The notes: a model not told the origin generated them from the sequence alone. Shown: positions 1-7,405, counted from the stretch's first letter. The stretch: DNA of 15,947 nucleotides from Candidatus Micrarchaeia archaeon (GCA_046538155.1 JBKHJL010000026.1:1-15947); one strand, 5' to 3'. Translations and numbers: made by a program.

Positions 1-428
1 AAAAACCCGAAAACGTAGTTGATTTGGTGATGGCAGATTACGACAATTACATTGGGAAATATGTTTTTGAGGGCGTCTGCAGGGCAGCATTCCGGGAACT
101 GGCCGGCTTCAAATATTCAAAAATAGGGAGATGGTGGCTGGCCGGGGAAGAAATCGACCTGGTTGCGATAAACGAAAACAACAATGAAATCTGCTTCGCA
201 GAGTGCAAATGGAGAAACAGGAAAGCATCAGTATCCGAACTCCGCGCCCTGGAAGAAAAGGCAAAGAAAGTAAGCTGGAGGAATGGCAGCAGGAAAGAGA
301 GGTTTGCCTTCTTCAGCCGTTCAGGATTTAATGCGGATGCAGAAGACTTTGCGGAAAAAAACAGGATACTCCTTTTTGATTTGAACGATATAGAAAAAGC
401 ACTGGGCCAAAAGCAGGGGGGAAAATAG
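1..428 (+). CDS. C-terminal part of archaeal ATPase with DUF234 / PD-(D/E)XK-like domain (5'-truncated by window edge)
   Basis: Frame is open from base 3 (KPENVVDLVMAD...). Motifs FEGVCR, GRWW...EEIDLVA and FAECKW are typical of the C-terminal region of archaeal ATPase-DUF234 proteins. Confidence 0.8.
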   Translation, partial: KPENVVDLVMADYDNYIGKYVFEGVCRAAFRELAGFKYSKIGRWWLAGEEIDLVAINENNNEICFAECKWRNRKASVSELRALEEKAKKVSWRNGSRKERFAFFSRSGFNADAEDFAEKNRILLFDLNDIEKALGQKQGGK

Positions 429-437
429 GTGGGAAAA

Positions 438-1769
438 ATGGCAAAATATTTCGGAACAAATGGAATAAGGGGAACATTCGAAACCCTTACGCCCCAGCTT
501 GCATTGAAAGCGGCACAGGCAATAGGGGTTTACTTTAAGCGGGGGAAAATCCTGGTGGGCAGGGACCATAGGCTTACCAGCCCAACCCTGCATAAAGCGG
601 TTTTAAGCGGCTTAGAGAGCGTTGGGTGCGAGGTTGTGGATCTAGGGATGGTTTCCACCCCCACTGCGGAATTCATGGTTGAGGAGTTGCACCCGGACGG
701 GCTCATCATAATCACTGCGTCCCACAATCCCCCAGACTGGAACGCGCTCAAGGTAATTGATGGAAAGGGGGTTGCGGTTTCCAAGGAAAGAGGGGAAGAA
801 ATCGAGAAGCTTATTGATGGGGGGATTGGGCTTGCTCCCTGGGACAAGGCAGGCTTTACTACGGATTATTGCGGGGCAACCCAAGAGCACATTGAGGCAA
901 TCCTGAAAGAAGTAAACGTGGAAAAGCTCAAGCAAAAGAAGCTCAAGGTTGTGCTGGACTGCGCAAACAGCGTGCCTGCGCTTATCGGGCCGGAGCTGTT
1001 TGAGCGCATGGGCTGCGACGTAATCCTGTTGAATGAAGGAATTGACGGGAGGTTCCCGGGAAGGCCCTCCGAGCCCAGGGAAGAGAATATCCAGAAGCTC
1101 CTGGAAACCGTAAAGGAATCAAATGCGGATTTTGGGGTTGCCTGGGACGGGGACGGAGACAGAGTAGTGATGGCAGATGAGAAGGGAAATTTTGTAATCG
1201 GCGACAGGGTGTTTGCGCTTTCTGCATTGCTTAAGCTAAAAGAAAAGAAAGGGGCACTGGTTACCACCGTGGCAACCAGCAAGGTTGTGGAAGATGTTGC
1301 AAACAGGTTCGGGCAGGGGGTAATCTACACCCCGGTGGGCGCACCGTATCTCTCGGAGGAAGCTGCAAAAGGGAAGTGCGCAATGGCCGGGGAAGAAGTG
1401 GGGGGAGTAATCTGGCCAGAGGTTTCATTGGCAAAGGATGGGTTCCTTACAGCGGCAAAAATTGCGGAAGCACTTGGCGAGAAACCTATGGGCGCTTGGC
1501 TGGAGGAATTCCCGTTCTACTACAATGTGAAGGGAAAAGTTCCCTGTGAATTTGGAAAAATGCAGGCAAAAATAGAAACAATCCTAATTCCGGAAGATGC
1601 GGAGAAGGTAATCAGGGTGGATGGGGTAAGGATAAACTTCAAGGATTCCTGGGTTATTTTCCGCCCTTCGGGAACCGAGCCGGTAATACGGGTATTTGCA
1701 GAATCCACGGATGAAAAGAAGGCAAATGAGTTAGTCAAGGAATACGAGGGGAAACTTGGAAAAGAGTAA
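438..1769 (+). CDS. glmM: Phosphoglucosamine mutase / phosphomannomutase (alpha-D-phosphohexomutase)
   Basis: FGTNGIRG, catalytic TASHNP, metal loop DGDGDR, GEEVGG and RPSGTEP. ATG at 438 follows GGTGG; GTG at 429 is an alternative start. Substrate (GlmM vs PMM/PGM) is not resolvable. Confidence 0.85.
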   Translation: MAKYFGTNGIRGTFETLTPQLALKAAQAIGVYFKRGKILVGRDHRLTSPTLHKAVLSGLESVGCEVVDLGMVSTPTAEFMVEELHPDGLIIITASHNPPDWNALKVIDGKGVAVSKERGEEIEKLIDGGIGLAPWDKAGFTTDYCGATQEHIEAILKEVNVEKLKQKKLKVVLDCANSVPALIGPELFERMGCDVILLNEGIDGRFPGRPSEPREENIQKLLETVKESNADFGVAWDGDGDRVVMADEKGNFVIGDRVFALSALLKLKEKKGALVTTVATSKVVEDVANRFGQGVIYTPVGAPYLSEEAAKGKCAMAGEEVGGVIWPEVSLAKDGFLTAAKIAEALGEKPMGAWLEEFPFYYNVKGKVPCEFGKMQAKIETILIPEDAEKVIRVDGVRINFKDSWVIFRPSGTEPVIRVFAESTDEKKANELVKEYEGKLGKE

Positions 1770-1791
1770 GAAGAAAGCAGCATTCCGGTAT

Positions 1792-1931
1792 TTTGTCTGC
1801 TCAGGCGAACGAAAACATACTACCTTTGTCTGCACATGCGAACAAAATGCACATTTTTAAGCCAAAATAAGAGTTTTTGTCTGCTCAGGCGAACGAAAAC
1901 ACTATGTTTTTGTCTGCTCAGGCGAACGAAA
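1792..1931. repeat. Four copies of a 23-bp imperfectly palindromic repeat TTTGTCTGCTCAGGCGAACGAAA
   Basis: Identical copies at 1792-1814, 1876-1898 and 1909-1931. Variant TTTGTCTGCACATGCGAACAAAA at 1825-1847. Start-to-start spacing 33/51/33 bp. Confidence 0.95.
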
Positions 1932-1940
1932 TATTTAATA
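1927..1940 (+). promoter_or_regulatory. Putative BRE/TATA promoter of the ATPase gene
   Basis: CGAAA followed by TATTTAATA about 25 nt upstream of ATG 1964. No Shine-Dalgarno, consistent with a leaderless transcript. Confidence 0.55.
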
Positions 1941-1963
1941 AGACTCTACAATAAAAAACATGC

Positions 1964-3133
1964 ATGGAAGAAAAAGACATTGAGCAGATAATCCTTAACA
2001 CTGAGAACCTTAAGGCATGGGCCTCACAGTTCCAGCATAAGAGGTACATATACAGGCAACTTATGGAAGTTTCAAAGGAGTTTTACATTGGAGTAAAGGG
2101 GCTTAGGGGAATAGGGAAAACAACCCTGCTTCTCCAGATGTGCAACGAAATCGGGGATTCAGCTTATTTCTCTGCAGATTCAACCCCCCTGAGGCATTAT
2201 TCCCTCTATGAAATTGTGGATGCACTGAGGAAAAGGGGGCTGAAAAACATATTCATAGATGAAATCCATACAAGGCAGGGCTGGGCAGCGGACCTTAAAA
2301 CCATTTATGATGAGCACGCAGTAAGGGTCTTCTTCTCAGGCTCATCAAGCATAAACCTGAGGGATACAAGCGCAGACCTTTCAAGAAGGGCAATAGTGTA
2401 CCACCTGAAGCCGGTTTCTTTCAGGGAATACCTCAATATACGGAAGGGGATGGAGATACCCCCATGCACACTGGAGGAACTTCTGAAAAACCCTGGCCCA
2501 CTATCTATAAAGTATGTTTCCGCAAAAGAAGGGATGGGGGAATACATGAAGTTTGGGGGAGTACTTTATTCCGGCAAGGGCTTCCAGAAAGCGCTGGAAA
2601 ACTCACTAGAGAAGGTAATCACCAAAGACCTTCTTGCCCTAAGGGACATAAACCAAAAATACAAGGAGGATGCTTACCGCCTTCTTTACCATATTGCAGT
2701 TTCCCCTCCATTTGAAACAAGCTTTTCATCAATTGCGTCCAAGCTTGGAATCTCCAAGGCATTTGCGATAAGGCTTGTATCTGACCTGGAATCCGCAGGA
2801 GTGCTTAGCATTGTCCACCCCTGCGCAGCAACAGGGAGGGATGTGAAGAAAGAGCCAAAAATATTCCTTGCAATTCCCATCAGGGCCTTTTTCTCACACC
2901 CCCCTCCTAAAGGCACTGTGCGGGAAGAGTTTTTCGTAAACCATGTTTCCCCTGAATGCTACTTCAAATCAGGGAAAGGAGAGAAAACCCCCGATTTTAG
3001 GGTTGGAAATTTCAGGATAGAAGTGGAAGGGGAATCAAAGAGCTTTGCGCAAAACCCGGATTATATTGCTGCAGATACAGGAATTGCTGAAGGGAAAAAG
3101 ATACCCCTCTTTCTTTTTGGATTTCTGTATTGA
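1964..3133 (+). CDS. AAA_14-family ATP-binding protein with winged-helix and DUF4143-like/nuclease-like C-terminus
   Basis: Walker A GLRGIGKTT, Walker B IFIDEIH, SGSSS, LSRR, PVSFREYL, HTH-like SFSSIASKLGISKAFAIRLVSDLESAGVL, KEPKIF, PDF...IEVEG, terminal IPLFLFGFLY. Confidence 0.85.
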   Translation: MEEKDIEQIILNTENLKAWASQFQHKRYIYRQLMEVSKEFYIGVKGLRGIGKTTLLLQMCNEIGDSAYFSADSTPLRHYSLYEIVDALRKRGLKNIFIDEIHTRQGWAADLKTIYDEHAVRVFFSGSSSINLRDTSADLSRRAIVYHLKPVSFREYLNIRKGMEIPPCTLEELLKNPGPLSIKYVSAKEGMGEYMKFGGVLYSGKGFQKALENSLEKVITKDLLALRDINQKYKEDAYRLLYHIAVSPPFETSFSSIASKLGISKAFAIRLVSDLESAGVLSIVHPCAATGRDVKKEPKIFLAIPIRAFFSHPPPKGTVREEFFVNHVSPECYFKSGKGEKTPDFRVGNFRIEVEGESKSFAQNPDYIAADTGIAEGKKIPLFLFGFLY

Positions 3134-3151
3134 AACACAAAAAAAGCAATT

Positions 3152-3202
3152 TGTATCGCACACAGTACAACTTAGCCCGAATTCTGTATTGTGTGCAGTA
3201 CA
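3152..3202. repeat. Pair of 18-bp dyad boxes TGTATYG-N4-CAGTACA
   Basis: TGTATCGCACACAGTACA (3152-3169) and TGTATTGTGTGCAGTACA (3185-3202), 33 bp apart, each followed by (A)CTTAG. Confidence 0.8.
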
Positions 3203-3244
3203 CTTAGGAATAAAAAGTATGAAAAAATGTTGAAGCGGTAGAAT

Positions 3245-3358
3245 CTAGAGCTCGCCTACCCTTCTCTGCATCTTCTTCTTGAGCCTGCGCCTTTTCTTCT
3301 TTACCCATTTCCAGCGCATGCGCCCTTTTTTCTTCCATTTTCTCGGTCTTGAACCCAA
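3245..3358 (-). CDS. rpl41e: Ribosomal protein eL41 (eS32), 37 aa; absent from the ORF track
   Basis: Manual translation [40 protein letters not shown] start, SD GGTGAT at 3367-3362. The [15 protein letters not shown] motif matches the long archaeal eL41 form. Confidence 0.9.
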   Translation of the reverse strand: MGSRPRKWKKKGRMRWKWVKKKRRRLKKKMQRRVGEL

Positions 3359-3464
3359 AATATCACCAAACGCAGAGTTAGGTTAGTCTTCCGAAACCTT
3401 ATAAAAGCGGAAACAAGCGCAAACCTGCAGAAAGATTTAAATACTCAGCTTAGAGGTGATATGC

Positions 3465-4136
3465 ATGGTAAGGCATGTTTTCATAGATATAGACGATACG
3501 CTCTTTCCTACAGCTGAATTTTCCGAACTGGCGAGAAGAAAAGCAATACGTGCAATGATTGAGGTGGGCCTGGACATGGACCAGGAAAAGCTATACAGGA
3601 AACTGATAAGGGTAATCAGGAAGAAGGGCCCGAACTATGACCACCATTTTGACGACTTGTTAAAAGAACTAGGTATAAAAGAGCCGGAGAAATACGTGGC
3701 GGCAGCTGTGGGCGCCTATCATGCGGCAAAGGGCTCCATACAGCCTTACCCTGAAGTGCCGAGAACACTGTTGAAGCTCAGGGAGCAGGGATACAGGCTC
3801 CATGTTGCAACCAACGGCACTGCGGTAAAGCAATGGGACAAGCTCATCCTGCTTAAGGTCCACCTGTTTTTTGAGAATGTATTTGTATCTGAGAAGATGG
3901 GCATGGAAAAAAATGTGGAATTCTTCAGGAAGGCCCTGAAGAGGATACAGGCAACTCCTGAAGAGTGCGCCATGGTCGGGGACAAGCCGGAAATAGACAC
4001 GATTCCGCCCAAAAAACTGGGGATGAAAACCATAAGGGCAATGATGGGCGGAAGGCACACGAAAAAGCCGGGAAAGGCAGACCTGGAAATGAAAAACTTT
4101 GCAGAGCTCCCGGGGCTTTTGAAAAAGCTGGAATAG
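3465..4136 (+). CDS. HAD-superfamily hydrolase (archaeal TIGR02253-like phosphatase)
   Basis: Motif I FIDIDDTL, motif II ATNG, KQWDKL, motif IV MVGDKPEID. SD GAGGTGA precedes ATG 3465. Confidence 0.88.
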   Translation: MVRHVFIDIDDTLFPTAEFSELARRKAIRAMIEVGLDMDQEKLYRKLIRVIRKKGPNYDHHFDDLLKELGIKEPEKYVAAAVGAYHAAKGSIQPYPEVPRTLLKLREQGYRLHVATNGTAVKQWDKLILLKVHLFFENVFVSEKMGMEKNVEFFRKALKRIQATPEECAMVGDKPEIDTIPPKKLGMKTIRAMMGGRHTKKPGKADLEMKNFAELPGLLKKLE

Positions 4137-4177
4137 CTTTTTAACCCTGCAGGGGCAATCTTCGGGCAGGTGGACAA

Positions 4178-4936
4178 GTGATTTTTGAATTGGGAATATT
4201 TATACTGCTGGCTGCATTTGTGCTTGAATACCTGGACGCAACCCTGGGGATGGGCTATGGGACTGCACTCACCCCTGTGCTGCTGCTTATGGGACTGGAG
4301 CCACTCAAGGTGGTTCCGGCGGTGCTCATTTCTGCGGTTGTGGCAGGGCTTTTTGCTGCATTTGCCCACCACAAACTGGGAAACGTTAACTTCAGGCAGC
4401 CCAGGACAGGCAAAATCGTGGCGATGCTGGTTTCCTGCAGCATAGCCGGGGCAGTTGCAGCAGTTTTTGTTGCAGTAAGCATTCCTGAAGTCTACCTGAC
4501 TATTTACATTGGGCTGCTCGTAACAGGAATGGGAGTATTGATTCTCCTGAACAGGAAAATGAAAACAGGGTTTTCAAGAATGAAAATAATCCTGCTTGGG
4601 GTGGTGGCTGCATTCAACAAGGGGATGAGCGGAGGGGGATACGGGCCTCTTGTTACAAGCGGGCAGATACTATCGGGCGTGAACGGGAAGAATGCAATCA
4701 GTATAACCACGCTTGCTGAGGGCCTGGCCTGCATTGTGGCAGTGGCAACATTCCTTGCCTTAAATCCACTTTATGCGGACTGGCAGCTTGCAGCCTTCCT
4801 TACAGGAGGCGCGGTGCTTTCTGTCCCCTTTTCTGCATTTACCGTAAAAAAGCTGCAGGTGGAAAAAATGACAACCTTAATCGGGACAGCAACTTTTCTC
4901 CTGGGGATTTTTACACTCGTTGGGGTTTTTGCCTGA
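4178..4936 (+). CDS. TauE/SafE (TSUP) family sulfite/anion exporter
   Basis: Multiple hydrophobic helices, with two related Gly-rich motifs DATLGMGYG and KGMSGGGYGP. Confidence 0.85.
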   Translation: MIFELGIFILLAAFVLEYLDATLGMGYGTALTPVLLLMGLEPLKVVPAVLISAVVAGLFAAFAHHKLGNVNFRQPRTGKIVAMLVSCSIAGAVAAVFVAVSIPEVYLTIYIGLLVTGMGVLILLNRKMKTGFSRMKIILLGVVAAFNKGMSGGGYGPLVTSGQILSGVNGKNAISITTLAEGLACIVAVATFLALNPLYADWQLAAFLTGGAVLSVPFSAFTVKKLQVEKMTTLIGTATFLLGIFTLVGVFA

Positions 4937-4991
4937 AACCTGTCTTTTGTTTTTTAATACCTTCTGCTTCTAATTCTGAGCAGGTGTGATT

Positions 4992-5831
4992 ATGCATAAA
5001 TTACTGTTTATCGGAGTTTTTGCCATTATGCTGTTCGGGTGCCCCCAGGATTCCGGGTGCACAACCGATGCTGACTGTGAGGACTGGCAGGCCTGCAACA
5101 ACGAGACGGGCGCATGTGAGGTAGCCTCAGGATACTGCGCCTCTGATGCAGATTGCCCCGGGGAAGACAGCAAGTGTAATTCGGAAACCCACCGCTGCAG
5201 CGGGGGTTCGGCATGTGAATCAAGCCAGGACTGCGAATTCTGGCAGGTGTGCTCTTCAGAGGGGCTCTGCAAGCCAAAGGCAGGATACTGCGCCTCTGAT
5301 GCTGATTGTACCTCAGATATGGAAACATGCGACCAGGAATCCCACACCTGTGTGCCCGAGGAGGGTCTCTGCTATGATGATTATGACTGCGGAGCCTGGG
5401 AGCACTGCGACGTGGTTATCAAAGAGTGTGTGGCCAATGAAGGGAGGTGCTCAACAGACAATGACTGCGAGGCATGGGAACTGTGCAACACTTCCCAGCA
5501 TTTCTGCGTTGCAAAGGCAGGATACTGCATAAATGACGGGGACTGCGATTACTGGCAGAGCTGCAACAAAGACAGCCACAGGTGCGTAACTGCGGAAGGA
5601 GCATGTTCCCATGATGCGGATTGCCAGTACTGGCAGTACTGTAATCTGGAAACCCACGAGTGTGTCCACAGGCACGGGTTCTGTGATGTTTCAGGAGACT
5701 GCGAATCCTGGGAGGTTTGCGACTTTTCAACGCACCAGTGCAGGGCAAAAGCAGGGAGGTGCAACACCAACCAGGATTGCGCTTCAGGAGAAGTGTGCAA
5801 CCTTGACCAGCATGTTTGCGAGAGCGGTTAG
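4992..5831 (+). CDS. Secreted/lipid-anchored Cys-rich repeat protein (10 repeats of about 26 aa)
   Basis: Signal MHKLLFIGVFAIMLFG-C, then ten four-Cys units C-x4-D-C-x5/6-C-x5/6-C. SD AGGTG lies before ATG 4992. Confidence 0.85.
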   Translation: MHKLLFIGVFAIMLFGCPQDSGCTTDADCEDWQACNNETGACEVASGYCASDADCPGEDSKCNSETHRCSGGSACESSQDCEFWQVCSSEGLCKPKAGYCASDADCTSDMETCDQESHTCVPEEGLCYDDYDCGAWEHCDVVIKECVANEGRCSTDNDCEAWELCNTSQHFCVAKAGYCINDGDCDYWQSCNKDSHRCVTAEGACSHDADCQYWQYCNLETHECVHRHGFCDVSGDCESWEVCDFSTHQCRAKAGRCNTNQDCASGEVCNLDQHVCESG

Positions 5832-6094
5832 TCCCGCGCTCTCCACAATTTTCTTTTTTTATTAAGAAGTTCCTTGGAAATAGACATAAGCTGGCTGCTT
5901 ATTCTCAGGGCTTCATCCGGGTTCAGCTTTATTGCAACCTGGCCAACTGTGTTCATTACGCGCAGGGTAAGCAGGCCATCCCTGGGGAAACCATTGGATG
6001 TGCTGGGGGCATCGCTCTCCAGCCGCAGTATGGTGCGGTGCTGCTCCCCTTTATCATCTTTCCACCAATGGATAACTTCATCTTCTATTGGCAT
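5828..6094 (-). CDS. Hypothetical protein, 88 aa
   Basis: ATG with SD-like GAGGTAGG, natural amino-acid composition, candidate TATA (TTTTTAAA on - strand) at 6163-6170, and a stop overlapping the convergent gene's stop. Confidence 0.7.
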   Translation of the reverse strand: MPIEDEVIHWWKDDKGEQHRTILRLESDAPSTSNGFPRDGLLTLRVMNTVGQVAIKLNPDEALRISSQLMSISKELLNKKRKLWRARD

Positions 6095-6167
6095 GCTGCC
6101 TACCTCTGGTCGTGTGTTGCCCCGCCTCCCTCATAACGGGCGTGTTTATCTCAATTTGGGCCTTTAA

Positions 6168-6707
6168 AAAGAAAGAGATGGGGGAGGTTTCCGGTGCTTC
6201 CGGTGCACAAAAGAAGAAACCTGCTCGGATGAAGGCGATGACTGCTCAGAAGATGACGACTGCTGCAAAGGCCTGTTCTGCTACGATGGGGTCTGCTCCG
6301 AAGAAATAGAGTGCGGGGAAGAAAGGGACACCTGCGGGCTTGGAGTAGAGTGCTGCGAAGGCCTTTATTGCTCTGAGAATGATGTGTGCGTGGAATGTGC
6401 AGGAACCGGGGAAACCTGCGGGGATTATGCAGGGGGCCTTTCCTGCTGCCCGGATGCCTACTGCTACATGGGAATATGCGAAGAAAAGACAGACAGGCTT
6501 TGCGAAGATGAAGAAGACGGGCCGGACTACTATTCCCAGGGAACAGCAACAGGAGAATACAACGGGGATTACGGCACTTACACGGACTACTGCCAGGACT
6601 CCCGCACAGTGGTGGACTACTACTGCCAGGTCAACAATGAGCATTCCCCCATCCTTGCAGGAACCGTCACCTGCCCGAACGGGTGCTCACAGGGTGCCTG
6701 CAACTAG
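6168..6707 (+). pseudogene. Cys-rich surface protein reading frame lacking start/signal peptide: three C-C-CC-C-C repeats plus a C-terminal DGxxYYxxG...DYC...YYC...CPNGCxxGAC domain
   Basis: The frame of ORF 6384..6707 stays open back to the stop at 6165-6167 and encodes two more Cys repeats. There is no in-frame ATG/GTG/TTG before 6384. Confidence 0.65.
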
Positions 6708-7246
6708 GCATCTTTTTTTCTTTTTATTTTCTTTCCTTTTTCTGAAGGCTCCAAGTAAATCTTTCCTTTGAAATTGGAGTCAAATTCCCGCTTGAGCTCC
6801 TTTCCCTTCATCATCCTGTCCAGGCAGATTGCAAGGGCAGCCACTTCAGAATGGGGCTGGCTCCCCACCGCAATATTGTAATCTGCAAGCTCATAAATTT
6901 CCGGAGGCACCTTCTCCCCACCAACAATAACCACTGCCTTCTCAAGCCCGGAGAGGGCAGATTTCTGTTCTTCAATCGGGAGACCAAACATGGTGAGGTG
7001 GACAAGGGAAAAACCGGATTTTTTGAGAGTTTTGAGCCTTTTGAGTGGGGAGGACTCATGGGCAATGGAAAAAGCCCCGCCCCAATTATCCACTACAGAG
7101 GAAATGCTTTTCTCCAGGGAGTGGTCCTTCTGCCCGGAATAATAAATGGAAGAAGCACCAAATGCGCGTGCAACCAGGCAGACATGCGTGCTGATGCGCT
7201 CATCACGGGGAAGGCGGTGCCCGAGCCTGAACACAATAGTTTCCAT
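6704..7246 (-). CDS. trm56: tRNA (cytidine(56)-2'-O)-methyltransferase (SPOUT)
   Basis: RLGHR..RDERISTHVCLVARAFGA, VHLTMFG, VGGEKVP..IYELADYNIAVGSQPHSEVAALA. Confidence 0.95.
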   Translation of the reverse strand: METIVFRLGHRLPRDERISTHVCLVARAFGASSIYYSGQKDHSLEKSISSVVDNWGGAFSIAHESSPLKRLKTLKKSGFSLVHLTMFGLPIEEQKSALSGLEKAVVIVGGEKVPPEIYELADYNIAVGSQPHSEVAALAICLDRMMKGKELKREFDSNFKGKIYLEPSEKGKKIKRKKDA

Positions 7247-7267
7247 GCTAAAACCTTCAAACCATCA

Positions 7268-7277
7268 TATTTATAAA
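7268..7277. promoter_or_regulatory. TATA box (near-symmetric TTTATAAA) between divergent trm56 and the sRNA
   Basis: TATTTATAAA lies about 24 nt from both the trm56 ATG (7246, - strand) and the sRNA 5' stem (7301, + strand). Confidence 0.6.
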
Positions 7278-7300
7278 CAAGAAATGCGCGAATAATAATA

Positions 7301-7370
7301 GGCGACGATGAAATTACCGTCCCAGAGAGAGGGGAGACCCGATGACCGCCGGAGTAGCTATTGAGTCGCC
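7301..7370 (+). ncRNA. Double-guide C/D-box sRNA with degenerate boxes; predicted 23S rRNA targets
   Basis: Terminal stem GGCGAC/GTCGCC; C ATGAAAT 7308-7314; 12-nt guide TACCGTCCCAGA; D' GAGA 7327-7330; GGG-GAGA-CCC hairpin; C' ATGACCG 7342-7348; 12-nt guide CCGGAGTAGCTA; D TTGA 7361-7364. Confidence 0.82.
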
Positions 7371-7405
7371 CATATTCCTATAACTCTTTTGTCCGAATTA
7401 TACGC

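Noticed and set aside
1792..1931. Mini CRISPR array
   Set aside because: Spacers are 10, 28 and 10 bp, too short and irregular, and no cas genes are in the window.
1792..1963. Replication origin with ORB elements
   Set aside because: The repeats lack the ORB GTTCCA...GGAAAC/G-string pattern, and the adjacent ATPase is AAA_14-like rather than Orc1/Cdc6.
4992..5831. Multiheme cytochrome or polyferredoxin
   Set aside because: No CxxCH or CxxCxxC motifs; the signal peptide and Cys spacing favour disulfides.
5026..6771. Many overlapping alternative-frame ORFs across the Cys-rich genes
   Set aside because: These are shadow frames of low-complexity coding DNA, with no motifs or start signals.
7311..7326. 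Alternative sRNA parse with D'=CAGA targeting the 16S 530 loop
   Set aside because: It gives only about 8 bp of pairing and breaks the K-turn geometry; the D'=GAGA parse gives 11 bp and lands on G2251.
7348..7380. tRNA-like 5' end GCCGGAGTAGCT
   Set aside because: No anticodon or T arm follows; it is better explained as the D guide of the C/D sRNA.
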